Positions 1-9,154 of a stretch of DNA of 64,000 nucleotides are shown one piece after another (position 1 is the stretch's first letter; the number at the start of each line of letters is the position of its first letter). The DNA is from Myxococcota bacterium (GTDB lineage: Bacteria > Myxococcota_A > UBA9160 > UBA4427): positions 176,524-240,523 of the forward strand of contig JASDVF010000063.1 of assembly GCA_041440805.1 (NCBI GenBank). Reading direction: 5' to 3'. The translations under genes and the position numbers were made by a program. The notes beneath the pieces are model-generated. The model made no database searches. It was not told where the DNA came from and saw only the letters and a list, made by a program, of their open reading frames with translations.

Positions 1-671
1 GGAGCGAAGGCGCTGGTGCAGTAGTGGAGCCCAGGCCATTTCAGCATGAGCTTGACCGCAAGATCTTCCCAGGGTTCGCAGCCGTGATACGTCACGAGCC
101 GGAGTTCAGGGAAGTCGTAACAGATGCGGTCGAGGCGCTCGACCTTCTGGGGGTCCATGGGGAGGCGCGGGCCGGGGACGCCCATGTTAAGTCCGCAGGC
201 GATGTCGAGTTCGACACACTTCGCATACATCGGATACATCTGCGGATCATCGACCATGATCTGCGGGAGATTGCCAGCGGGGAAGGTGCTCGCCATGCGC
301 ACGTCGTAGTCGTTATGCGCGCGCTCGATCTGACGGACGGCGCCCATGACATCGTTCGGGTCGACGTGGACATTGCCGACGAAGCGGTCCGAATGCTTGC
401 TTAGAGCTTCGGAGGCGGTGTCTCCGCCGATGCCCACAAGGGCGGTCTTGACGCCCCACTTGTCCATCTCTTCGAGGGTGACTTCGACTGGGTCGCGTCC
501 TTCACCCCATCCATGGGGCACGCCCTTGAACATGTATTGGGCGGGGAACTTGAAGTCCTTGGACTCCCCGTCTTTGGCGGCTTCGCGCAGATTCCCATAG
601 GTCGCCTCGAGATCGAGGATCGGAAAACTGAGCATAAGGTCGATGATTGGCGCGTCGGTAGGCATTCCCAT
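1..671 (-). CDS. amidohydrolase-2 family (TIM-barrel metal-dependent hydrolase); 3' end runs off the left edge of the window
   Basis: Not in the supplied track because there is no stop inside the window. My own translation of the minus strand from ATG (671..669) stays open to position 1: MGMPTDAPIIDLMLSFPILDLEATYGNLREAAKDG...MYPMYAKCVELDIACGLNMGVPGP...FPELRLVTYHGCEPWEDLAVKLMLKWPGLHYCTSAFAP. The last blocks resemble the C-terminal strands of amidohydrolase_2 proteins. Track ORFs 24..404(+), 92..373(-) and 401..721(-) are shadow frames. Confidence 0.7.
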   Translation of the reverse strand, partial: MGMPTDAPIIDLMLSFPILDLEATYGNLREAAKDGESKDFKFPAQYMFKGVPHGWGEGRDPVEVTLEEMDKWGVKTALVGIGGDTASEALSKHSDRFVGNVHVDPNDVMGAVRQIERAHNDYDVRMASTFPAGNLPQIMVDDPQMYPMYAKCVELDIACGLNMGVPGPRLPMDPQKVERLDRICYDFPELRLVTYHGCEPWEDLAVKLMLKWPGLHYCTSAFA

Positions 672-796
672 GACCTCGACCTTATCACAGTGAAACGGCC
701 CGTCGCGGCCCCAATAAACACCTTTAAATCTGCGTGTCACGGGGCGAATTGGGGTGATAGCATCGACGCCTGCGAAACGATTGGAGTGACTCGGCA

Positions 797-1228
797 ATGG
801 AAATCGAAGGCTTTGGAACGCTCGTCAACCCGGACGAGATGGAGTGGACGGAGGTGCCGGGAGGCAACTCTGTAAAGGTGCTGCGCGTGTCAGAAGAGAG
901 CGGTTCGTACACCGCGCTTTTTAAAGCCGCGAAAGGAACCGTGAACCCGCCGCATATTCATCTCGGGCCCGCGGATTTCTATGTGTTGTCTGGCGTGATG
1001 GAATACCGCGGCGGCGTATCGCGTGCGGGCGACTGGATCTACGAGCCGAACGGCGCGGAGCATGAGGCGACAAGCCATCCCGAAGAGACCATCTACTTGG
1101 CGAATGTGCACGGCGCGATCGCGTTCTATGGCGAAGCGCCGGAGGGCGGCGGCGAACGGCCGATCGTCGGGATCTCCGATTGGCGCGGCATGAAGGCCCT
1201 CGCCGATCTTCAGAAGCAGAAGGGCTAA
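797..1228 (+). CDS. cupin domain protein (ChrR-like cupin)
   Basis: 143 aa. Cupin motif region GTVNPPHIHLGPADFYVLSGVMEY...EPNGAEHEATS. ATG start. Confidence 0.7.
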   Translation: MEIEGFGTLVNPDEMEWTEVPGGNSVKVLRVSEESGSYTALFKAAKGTVNPPHIHLGPADFYVLSGVMEYRGGVSRAGDWIYEPNGAEHEATSHPEETIYLANVHGAIAFYGEAPEGGGERPIVGISDWRGMKALADLQKQKG

Positions 1229-1239
1229 TCGGACATCAA

Positions 1240-1635
1240 ATGGCGAAAGCAATTCATTCGATGATTCGGGTCTTCGATCTGGAACGCTCAATGGACTTCT
1301 ATCGTGAGGCGTTCGGGCTAGCGCTGGTCGAACGCCTCGACTTCGACGACTTTACTCTGGCCTACCTGCGAAACGCGGAGAGCGAATTCGAACTTGAGCT
1401 CACCTGGAATCACGATCAAGAGGTTCCCTACGAGCATGGCTCGGGCTATGGGCATCTTGCCGTCACGGTCGATGATGTCGAAGAGGAGCACGCGCGTTTC
1501 GAAGCCAAAGGACTCGCTCCGCGCAAGTTGGTGAGCATGGAACATGCAGGGAAACAGCTTGCACGTATCTTTTTCGTTCAGGATCCCGATGGGTACGAGA
1601 TCGAGGTGATTCAGAGGGCGGGTCGCTTCATCTGA
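1240..1635 (+). CDS. gloA: lactoylglutathione lyase / VOC (glyoxalase I) family
   Basis: Trimmed from track ORF 1180..1635 to the in-frame ATG at 1240. MAKAIHSMIRVFDLERSMDFYREAFGL...GYGHLAVTVDDV...FVQDPDGYEIEVIQ is colinear with glyoxalase I (HTMLRVGDL..S..FY, GYGHIA, DPDGYKIELI). Confidence 0.75.
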   Translation: MAKAIHSMIRVFDLERSMDFYREAFGLALVERLDFDDFTLAYLRNAESEFELELTWNHDQEVPYEHGSGYGHLAVTVDDVEEEHARFEAKGLAPRKLVSMEHAGKQLARIFFVQDPDGYEIEVIQRAGRFI

Positions 1636-1925
1636 TCCGAAGGCCACCTTGTTCATGCTGCCGTTACACCGCCCATCCCATGAGCCGGTCGTGGGGGGGA
1701 GAAACGTGAGCCCTTCGTGGAAAACTTGTTCTCAAACGGTTTTTACTAGATTTTTTTCTCGGGGTTATGAGAGATTATGATTAGAAGGCCTGGTGGCATA
1801 GCTGCGCGCTCGCGGACTACTCTTCTTGGCCTGGCCTAAAAAGAGGCTTCCAGGTGTGACGCTAAGATGTGTCGGGACGCGATATGAGAGTGGCGAACCG
1901 TGAGGACCGGAGTGAATAAGAGGCG

Positions 1926-4370
1926 ATGACGACTGGCTCGAAGGGCGCACTTTCGCACCTCCGCGTGCTCGACCTGACTTCGGCTTCTTCAGCTTATTGC
2001 GGAAAGCTGCTTGCGGACCTTGGGGCCGAGGTCGTGAAGATCGAGCCCGTCGCGGGCGACCCTGCAAGGTGGGAAGCCCCGCTCGCGGGCGAGGGGATCA
2101 GCATCCCTTTTGTTTACGAGAATGCGAACAAGCGCAGTGCTGTGATCGATCTCGAATCGACTGCCGGCCGCGACCGTTTTCTGGCGCTTGCGGATCGTTC
2201 GGACCTCATTCTTGAGTCGATGCCCGTAGGCCGCCTCGCTGAACTCGGGCTCTCCTTCGAGGCCCTTGCCAAGACGAACCCGGGGCTCGTGATGGTTTCG
2301 GTTTCGGGATTTGGGCAAGACGGTCCCGACCGAAACGAACGCTCGAACGATCTGATTGCGAGCGCGCTCGGTGGGGCGATGACTTCGATCGGCGATCCGG
2401 AGGATCCACCGGTTCGAATGGCGGGGCATCAGTCCGATGTCATTACGTCGACATTGGCGGCGGGGAGTGCCTTGATTGCATTGTGGCACCGCGATCGCAG
2501 TGGGCGTGGTCAACACGTTGATGTGTCGAGCCTCGAGACGATCAGTGCGATCACGCATATCGCCGGCGTTGGGAAATGGCTCGAGGATGATGTGATTCCC
2601 AAGCGCGTCGGAACGGGGCTCGTGGCATCCGTTCCCTCCGGCTCCTTCCCGTGTAAAGACGGCCAGGTCTATCTCATGGTGAATCGGCCCGCCCATTGGC
2701 TTGCTCTTGCTGAGTGGATTCACGAAGTCACGGGGAACGAGGAAGTCTTGCAGGAGGTCTTTCGTGGCCCGTCCTCCAGTCGCCTTCCCTATAGAGAGCT
2801 CCTCGACCTTTTTATTTCCGAACTGACTTCGACGTTAACAGTCGGCGAGGCCTATCACGAAGGCCAGCGGCGTCGCATTGCCTTTAGCCCGATTCATACC
2901 GCGAGCCGAATCGCGGTCGACCCTCAGCTCACGGAGCGCGACTTTTTCGCGGACCTGCCGATCGAAGACGGCCGTGTCCTGCGCGTGCCCGGAGCCCCGT
3001 ACCGCCCCGCGCGTTCGCCGTGGGCGCTCGCCCGGCCGGCGCCTGCGCTGGACGAACTTGGAATCGATGTAGAGGCGCTCTTCGCAGGAGCCTTGCTACC
3101 GCTCAAGGACGATCGCTCAGGACTACGCGGCGGCCCGAAAACTGGCGGGGCCCTCGAAGGCTTGCGCATCGTCGAATTCGGGACAGGCCTAGCAGCGCCC
3201 TGGATCGGGCGAATTCTCGCTTGGGCCGGCGCGGAAGTCATTAAGGTTGAATCCCACGGGCATCCCGACGTCCCACGACTCTTCGTTTCGCCGAAGGAGC
3301 CGGAAAAGGGAACGCAGCCCGAATGTTCTCCCTGGTTTACAGACTGGAGCGCGGGGAAGCGCTTCGTCGCGCTCGATCTTGGGAATGAAGAAGGATCCGA
3401 ACTCGCTCGGCGACTGGTAGATGAAAGCGATGTCGTGATCGCGAACTACAGCACTGGAGTACTCGAGAAGCTCGGCGTAGGCTACGCGGCCTTGTCTGCT
3501 CGCAATCCCAAGCTTGTTATGCTCGAGTCCAGCGGATACGGAGAGTCGGGGCCGTTGTCGCGTTATGTGACCTGGGGCCCTAATATCGAAGCGCTCTCGG
3601 GACTCTGCCACCTATCAGGCTTTCCGGACCGAGACTGCACTATTTCGCATTTCGCTTACCCGGATCCGCTCTCCGCGTTGCACGGTCTGGTCGCTCTGAT
3701 GGCCGCCCTTGGCGAGCGGGACCGAAGCGGGCAGGGGCAGGTGATTCACCTGTCGCAATTCGAAACGACGGTGGCGGCTTTGGGTCGCGCGATGGCTGAG
3801 TTCGCGGCGACCGGGGAAGAACCGCCGCGGCGTGGGAATAGTGAAGCGGGTCTCGCGCCGTATGGCTGCTTCCCATGTCTTGGTGACGATCGCTGGGTCG
3901 TGTTGTGTGTCGAGACGGATTCGGACTGGCCGCAGTTCTGCGAGTTGCTTGACCGACCTGAGTGGGCAGAAGATCCGCGCTATGCGAGCATGGCCGGCCG
4001 CGTAGAGCATGCGGCGGAAATCGAAGTCCAGATCGCAGCATGGACCGGGGACCGGATAGACTACGACGTCATGCAGGCGGCCCGGGCACTTGGGTTGGCA
4101 GCCGGCGTTGTTCAGAACACAGAAGACATGTATCGCCGCGACCCCCAACTGGCCGCGCGCAACTTCTTCGAGGAAATACCGCACTACAAACGAGGCAGCG
4201 TTGTCGCGACAGGAATTCCCTTTGGACTCACTGGAACGCCGGGGCGCACCACGCATTCCGGCTCGTCGATCGGCCATGATAATGAGACCGTATTGCAAGA
4301 ACTCCTAGGTCTTACGCAAGAAGAGATCAATCAATTGATTGCGAAGGGGGCCGTGGAGCCTGCTCGCTGA
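1926..4370 (+). CDS. tandem two-domain family-III CoA-transferase (CaiB/BaiF-like) fusion protein
   Basis: 814 aa. Two N-terminal Rossmann signatures are present: LSHLRVLDLTSASSAYCGKLLADLGAEVVKIEP near aa 10 and LEGLRIVEFGTGLAAPWIGRILAWAGAEVIKVES near aa 410. Each is followed by an Asp loop plus helix (HQSDVITSTLAAGSALIAL; YPDPLSALHGLVALMAAL). AAGAGG lies just upstream of the ATG. Confidence 0.85.
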   Translation: MTTGSKGALSHLRVLDLTSASSAYCGKLLADLGAEVVKIEPVAGDPARWEAPLAGEGISIPFVYENANKRSAVIDLESTAGRDRFLALADRSDLILESMPVGRLAELGLSFEALAKTNPGLVMVSVSGFGQDGPDRNERSNDLIASALGGAMTSIGDPEDPPVRMAGHQSDVITSTLAAGSALIALWHRDRSGRGQHVDVSSLETISAITHIAGVGKWLEDDVIPKRVGTGLVASVPSGSFPCKDGQVYLMVNRPAHWLALAEWIHEVTGNEEVLQEVFRGPSSSRLPYRELLDLFISELTSTLTVGEAYHEGQRRRIAFSPIHTASRIAVDPQLTERDFFADLPIEDGRVLRVPGAPYRPARSPWALARPAPALDELGIDVEALFAGALLPLKDDRSGLRGGPKTGGALEGLRIVEFGTGLAAPWIGRILAWAGAEVIKVESHGHPDVPRLFVSPKEPEKGTQPECSPWFTDWSAGKRFVALDLGNEEGSELARRLVDESDVVIANYSTGVLEKLGVGYAALSARNPKLVMLESSGYGESGPLSRYVTWGPNIEALSGLCHLSGFPDRDCTISHFAYPDPLSALHGLVALMAALGERDRSGQGQVIHLSQFETTVAALGRAMAEFAATGEEPPRRGNSEAGLAPYGCFPCLGDDRWVVLCVETDSDWPQFCELLDRPEWAEDPRYASMAGRVEHAAEIEVQIAAWTGDRIDYDVMQAARALGLAAGVVQNTEDMYRRDPQLAARNFFEEIPHYKRGSVVATGIPFGLTGTPGRTTHSGSSIGHDNETVLQELLGLTQEEINQLIAKGAVEPAR

Positions 4371-4419
4371 GTATGCGTCGCGAAGGTTAATCCGCGCGAC
4401 ACACCGAAAGGAAAGAAAA

Positions 4420-5397
4420 ATGGAGTCCTTCGAAGACAAGATCGCTGTGATCACCGGCGGTGGGACAGGGATGGGCCGAGAGCTTGCGCGCCAGCTTGCT
4501 GTCGCCGGCTGCCATGTCGCGATTTGCGATGTGTCCGAGGACAACATGGTTCAGACGAAGTCGATCTGTGATGGGCAGGCGCCTGCCGGCACGCGCATCA
4601 CGATCCATGTCGCGGATGTTTCTTCAGAAGAGGACCTGATGAGATTTCGCAATGAAGTCATGCGCGAGCACGAGACCGATTGCGTCAATCTTGTTTTTAA
4701 TAACGCGGGAATCGGCAATACGGGCAGCATGATCACGACCGACCGCGACGACTGGGAGCGGACGTTTAATATCTGTTGGTACGGCGTCTACTACGGGACA
4801 CGAACTTTTCTTCCCATGTTGATGGCCGCCGAAGAAGGTCACCTGATTAATACGAGCAGCGTTAACGGGTTCTGGGCAACCCTCGGGCCGGACGTAGCGC
4901 ATAGCGCCTACGCTTCAGCAAAATTCGCGGTCAAGGGTTTCACCGAAGCGCTGATCAACGATCTCCGTATGAACGCGCCGCATGTGAAGTGCTCTGTCGT
5001 TATGCCGGGTCATATCGGCACGTCGATCGTGATCAACTCGGGCAAGGTCCTCGGTAACGATCCGAAGGAGATGAGCGACGAGGATCTTCAGGAGGCTCGC
5101 GAGGGCATGGAGCGCCGCGGCATCGACTTCGGCAACGCGACGAACGATCAGCTGCGCCAAGCTTTGATCGCGCAGGGTGAGTCCTTCCGCGATGATGCAC
5201 CTATGACGGCAGAGGAAGCTTCGGCGGTCATTCTTGCCGGCGTGAAGGCGGGGCAGTGGCGAATTCTTGTTGGCGAGGACGCGGAAGTCCTCGACGAGAT
5301 GGTCCGCGCCGAACCCGAGAATGCATACACGGCCGACTTCAACGACCGATTCCAGGCCAGAGTCGGTTGGGCATTAGGGTCGCTTCAGGCGGGTTAG
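4420..5397 (+). CDS. short-chain dehydrogenase/reductase (SDR)
   Basis: Trimmed to the ATG at 4420, preceded by AAAGGAAAG. MESFEDKIAVITGGGTGMGRELA (TGxxxGxG), NNAG, and YASAKFAVKG (YxxxK). Confidence 0.85.
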   Translation: MESFEDKIAVITGGGTGMGRELARQLAVAGCHVAICDVSEDNMVQTKSICDGQAPAGTRITIHVADVSSEEDLMRFRNEVMREHETDCVNLVFNNAGIGNTGSMITTDRDDWERTFNICWYGVYYGTRTFLPMLMAAEEGHLINTSSVNGFWATLGPDVAHSAYASAKFAVKGFTEALINDLRMNAPHVKCSVVMPGHIGTSIVINSGKVLGNDPKEMSDEDLQEAREGMERRGIDFGNATNDQLRQALIAQGESFRDDAPMTAEEASAVILAGVKAGQWRILVGEDAEVLDEMVRAEPENAYTADFNDRFQARVGWALGSLQAG

Positions 5398-5506
5398 TTT
5401 AATGATCGCGCCTGACGTGGGCATGGTTCGCGCCGCGGCGGAGTGCGTTGGCATGCTAGTGGCGTTGCGTGGTTTTCTGAGCGCTACGCAGGCGACCCAA
5501 ATACAA

Positions 5507-5549
5507 GAAGCCCCGATTCCTTACGAGGAGTCGGGGCTTCTTTGTTTTT
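5507..5549 (+). terminator. rho-independent terminator downstream of the SDR gene
   Basis: GAAGCCCCGA (5507..5516), a 14-nt loop, then TCGGGGCTTC (5531..5540), followed by TTTGTTTTT. A perfect 10-bp GC-rich stem plus T-tract in a convergent spacer. Confidence 0.75.
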
Positions 5550-5591
5550 CACGTAGCTTTCGCTCGCCGGTTCACGACAGAGCGAGACGCA

Positions 5592-6707
5592 TCAGTCGAG
5601 CACGTCTGCTGCGATCAACTCTTCGAGGTACGGCGTGTCCCACCAGGTAAGCTGGAGGGCCTTCGCGCGTCGGAAGAACATCTGCTGATCGTATTCAATC
5701 GTGAAGGCGACCCCGCCCCAGATCTGCGCGGAGACTCGCGTGGTTTCGCGGTAAGCCTCGCAGCAGAAGAGCTTGGCCATCGGGCCGAAGCGAGCTACCG
5801 AACGACCCTGGGCCGCGTTCCATGCCGCTTCGTGCACGAGCACTCGTCCGCCATCGATCGACGTCGAAGCGTCGGCCATATAATGCGACAGCGACTGGAA
5901 GGCGCCGAGGGGCTTGTCGAACTGAATGCGCGTGTTGGCGTACTCGACCGTCTCCATGAGGCATCGATCCGCCCCGCCGATTGCCGAGGCCGCCAGTAGG
6001 ATCACGGCTTCTTGCATGACCGCCGTCCATGTCGCCCAGCCGCTACCGGGAGCGCCGATGCGGTCGTCTGCGGAAACGCTCACGCCGTCGAAGTCGATCT
6101 GGTACTGCGCTTCGCGACCCTGGGAGAGGAGCTGCTTCATGGTGATGCCGCTCGCGTTCGGGTCGACCAAGAAGAGGTCAACGCCGGCGTCGGTGCGCGC
6201 GAGCACGATGAGCCGGTCAGCCGAAGAGGCGTAAGCGACGGATCGCTTGCGGCCCGTAATTTTGAATCCCTTGCCGTCTGATTCCGCCTTAACAGCGATG
6301 CCCTTTGCGCTGAAGCCGCGCTGGGGTTCGAGCCATGCCGGCGTCAGAATCGAATCGCCGTTGGCGATCTTCTCGAGCCAAGCATTTTTCTGCGCGTCGT
6401 TTCCGGCAGCAAGGAGCAGCTTTGCGCTCACGACGCAGGACACGAAGTGCGGCGTCGGAGCCATTGCGCGTCCGAGCTCTTCGTAGACGAAGGCGCCTTC
6501 GAGAATCGTCTGTTCGCCGCCGCCGTAGCTCTCTGGAATGAGCAGGCCGTTCAGCCCAAGTTCGCTCATCTGCTTCCAGAGCGCGTCAGGGTAGCCCTTG
6601 GGGTCGTCTTCGGCGTCGCGCACAACCTGCGTATCACAATGCTCTTCGAGCATGGTGCGGGTCATGTCGATCACCATCTGCTGTTCTTCGGTGAAATCGA
6701 GATCCAT
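5592..6707 (-). CDS. acyl-CoA dehydrogenase family protein (shorter paralogue, atypical C-terminus)
   Basis: 371 aa. MDLDFTEEQQMVIDMTRTMLEE is a typical ACAD N-terminus. GGVAFTIEYDQQMFFRRAK block is present. The C-terminus reads LTWWDTPYLEELIAADVLD instead of the usual GGxSEIQ-type block. Confidence 0.8.
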   Translation of the reverse strand: MDLDFTEEQQMVIDMTRTMLEEHCDTQVVRDAEDDPKGYPDALWKQMSELGLNGLLIPESYGGGEQTILEGAFVYEELGRAMAPTPHFVSCVVSAKLLLAAGNDAQKNAWLEKIANGDSILTPAWLEPQRGFSAKGIAVKAESDGKGFKITGRKRSVAYASSADRLIVLARTDAGVDLFLVDPNASGITMKQLLSQGREAQYQIDFDGVSVSADDRIGAPGSGWATWTAVMQEAVILLAASAIGGADRCLMETVEYANTRIQFDKPLGAFQSLSHYMADASTSIDGGRVLVHEAAWNAAQGRSVARFGPMAKLFCCEAYRETTRVSAQIWGGVAFTIEYDQQMFFRRAKALQLTWWDTPYLEELIAADVLD

Positions 6708-6773
6708 ATTGGGGAGTCTCCTGCGCGACCGTATGGGCCGCGCCTAACAGGATGCTGAGTGTGTGAGTCAGCC

Positions 6774-7955
6774 CTAGAAGTTTTTGGGAAGGCCGAGGTG
6801 CCGCCTTGCGATGATGTTCTTCTGGATTTCCGAAGAGCCGCCGCCGACGGTCTCGTTCACCGTCGCGCGATAGGCGCCTTCGAAGCGTCCGCGAAGCGGG
6901 GCGTCGTCTTGGCCTTCCATGATCGCGCCTTCATGACCCTGGATGTCGAGGGCGTCTTTGCAGACGCGCTGTGACAGGGAGGTCGTGAAGAGCTTGTACT
7001 GAGAGGACTCAATCGTCGGCGGCTTGCCGCCGGACTTGGCTGCGCAGACAAAGCGCGTCGAAAGCGCCTTCGCTACCGCGGTGTCCGTGACGATCTGCGC
7101 GATCTTCTGGCGAACGTTCGGGTCGTCCTTGAGCGGCTCGTCGTCGCGCGTCGCTTCCTTGACCCAGTCGACGAGGACATCGGAGCGATGTGCGATCGGC
7201 GAAAGGGTGAACATCGTGAAGCGTTCGAGGTCGAGCGCCTCCGAGATCATGTGGAAGCCCCGGCCACGCTCGCCCACGAGATACTCGTCGGGAACAAACA
7301 CGTCATCGAAGAAGACCTGGTTCGTCGTGTCCTTGCCGATCGTCGGCAGGCTGACCACTTCGAGACCGGGGTTATCCATGTTGACGAGGAAGAGCGACAA
7401 GCCGTCATGCTTCTTCTTGTCCGGGTCGGTGCGTGCACCCACCCAGTACCAGTCGGCGAAATGCGCCGAGGTCGTCCACATCTTCTGGCCGTTCATCATC
7501 CAGCCGCCTTCGACCTTTTCGGCCTTGAGCTGCATGTTGGCGGCATCGGAACCGGCTTCCGGCTCGGAATAGCCAACCGCGAATTCGACTTCCGCGTTGA
7601 GAACCATGGGCAGGAACCTGTTCTTTTGGAAGTCGTTGCCGTGTCGGATCAACGTCTTGCCGATGATGCCGACGCCCTTGCCGATCTGCGGCGCCGCGTG
7701 CTTGCTGAGCGCTTCGTTGAGAATGTATTCGTAGACGCCTTCGATCTCTTGACCACCGAATTCCTTCGGCCAAGACATCCCGAGCCATCCCTTTGCCGCA
7801 AGCTTCTTCATGAAGGCACAGCGTTCGGGGGTATCGGAAAGCTGGCTGAAGTTCTCGCGGTGATGGTCCATGACTTCGTCGTCATGATTATCGACCAGCC
7901 ACGCTTCGACCTCGTCAGCGAATTTCTGTTCTTCCGGGAGGAAATCAAATTCCAT
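6774..7955 (-). CDS. acyl-CoA dehydrogenase
   Basis: Trimmed from 8045 to the ATG at 7955. MEFDFLPEEQKFADEVEAWL..., YSEPEAGSD, GGGSSEIQKNIIARRHLGLP. Confidence 0.85.
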   Translation of the reverse strand: MEFDFLPEEQKFADEVEAWLVDNHDDEVMDHHRENFSQLSDTPERCAFMKKLAAKGWLGMSWPKEFGGQEIEGVYEYILNEALSKHAAPQIGKGVGIIGKTLIRHGNDFQKNRFLPMVLNAEVEFAVGYSEPEAGSDAANMQLKAEKVEGGWMMNGQKMWTTSAHFADWYWVGARTDPDKKKHDGLSLFLVNMDNPGLEVVSLPTIGKDTTNQVFFDDVFVPDEYLVGERGRGFHMISEALDLERFTMFTLSPIAHRSDVLVDWVKEATRDDEPLKDDPNVRQKIAQIVTDTAVAKALSTRFVCAAKSGGKPPTIESSQYKLFTTSLSQRVCKDALDIQGHEGAIMEGQDDAPLRGRFEGAYRATVNETVGGGSSEIQKNIIARRHLGLPKNF

Positions 7956-8150
7956 TGGGCGGACTCCAGGGACCACGCCGTATCCGGTCTCTCGGAAAGC
8001 GTGGGTCGGGGTGGAATGCAGCATGCCGCTCGGGCTGAGCAACAAGGGCCAACTATATACGAGACGATGCGTATTGTATATAGCCCCACGGGGGCATGTG
8101 GGCCGTATCGATCGCCTGCTGAGAGGGCGGAGCCGGCTCCCAGCCAGGAT

Positions 8151-8789
8151 TTAGAGAACGTGGTTCTTAACCAACACGTCGCGAGCGGCTTCCACGCCAA
8201 CGCTTCGCTCCGCACGCAGCCCTGCGGCCCGTGCGCCGTCGACATTGATCTGATTGTCGTCGAGAAAAAGAATGCGCTCGGGCGGACAGCCGAGTTTCGC
8301 GACCGCATAGTCGAAGGCTGCTCGATCGGGTTTCACGAGGCCCATCTCGTGGGACAGGTAAAGCGAGTCGAAGTCTTCGTGAAAGCGGAAGTCGTCGTGA
8401 AAGCGCTCGGTGTGTAGAGCGTTGGTGTTGCTGAGGGCGGCGACGCGGGTGCGCGCGCGAGTGGATCGCACGAGTTCCTTCGCGCCGGGTAAGAGACCCT
8501 TAGGCCAACTCGCGAAGGCGGCGAGAAAATCTTCGGGCGCGACTGGCATAGACCAGGTCTCGACCATCCCAACGGCAAAGGCCTGGCTCTCGCATTGGCC
8601 GCGCTCGTAGCGCCTCACCCAAGGGCAGCTCAGCCAGCGCCGCCAAATTTCGTCCTCATCGGACTCGTCAGAGAAGACCGCGAGTTCGCCCATGCCGCCG
8701 AGCTCGATCAGAACGCCGCCAAGGTCGAATAGGACAACCTCGATCGGCCTGGTCTGTGCGGTCAGCGAGAGAGGCTTGGGATTCGTCAT
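8151..8789 (-). CDS. HAD-superfamily hydrolase (subfamily IA-like)
   Basis: 212 aa. VVLFDLGGVLIEL (DxG/DxD-type motif I), LSN (motif II) and FLDDNQINVDGA (motif IV). Confidence 0.75.
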   Translation of the reverse strand: MTNPKPLSLTAQTRPIEVVLFDLGGVLIELGGMGELAVFSDESDEDEIWRRWLSCPWVRRYERGQCESQAFAVGMVETWSMPVAPEDFLAAFASWPKGLLPGAKELVRSTRARTRVAALSNTNALHTERFHDDFRFHEDFDSLYLSHEMGLVKPDRAAFDYAVAKLGCPPERILFLDDNQINVDGARAAGLRAERSVGVEAARDVLVKNHVL

Positions 8790-9154
8790 CAGATTTGCTC
8801 GGTGGTCGCAGGGGACGGATTAGGTCGAGTCGTTGGAGCTCGTCTGTTGCCGGTATTCGCGAAGCGCGCGATCGAGAGTTTCGAGGTCGGAAAAGCCCAG
8901 CTGCGCGATGACTTGATCGAGCGGGAGATGGGTTTCCTGCTCCTCCGTCATGTAGCCCTTCCGGGATGCCGCAGCTACGTCGATGTCTGTGTCGTACGGG
9001 CTTGGCGCTCTTTGCAGCGTTGGATTGGGAGAGTTACTGGACCCGACCAGATGCGCGCGCTGATCCCTTTCTTATATGGGGCGGGCTCACGAGTAGCCTT
9101 CGCTATCGTGCGCGCCAGGATGATTCGCGCCGCGAGTGCGCAGAAGAGGGCGGC

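Noticed and set aside
7188-8417. 409-aa ORF on the plus strand
   Set aside because: It is antisense to the ACAD (6774..7955) and HAD (8151..8789) genes, which have clear family motifs. Its Arg/Val/His-rich low-complexity translation is typical of shadow frames in GC-rich DNA.
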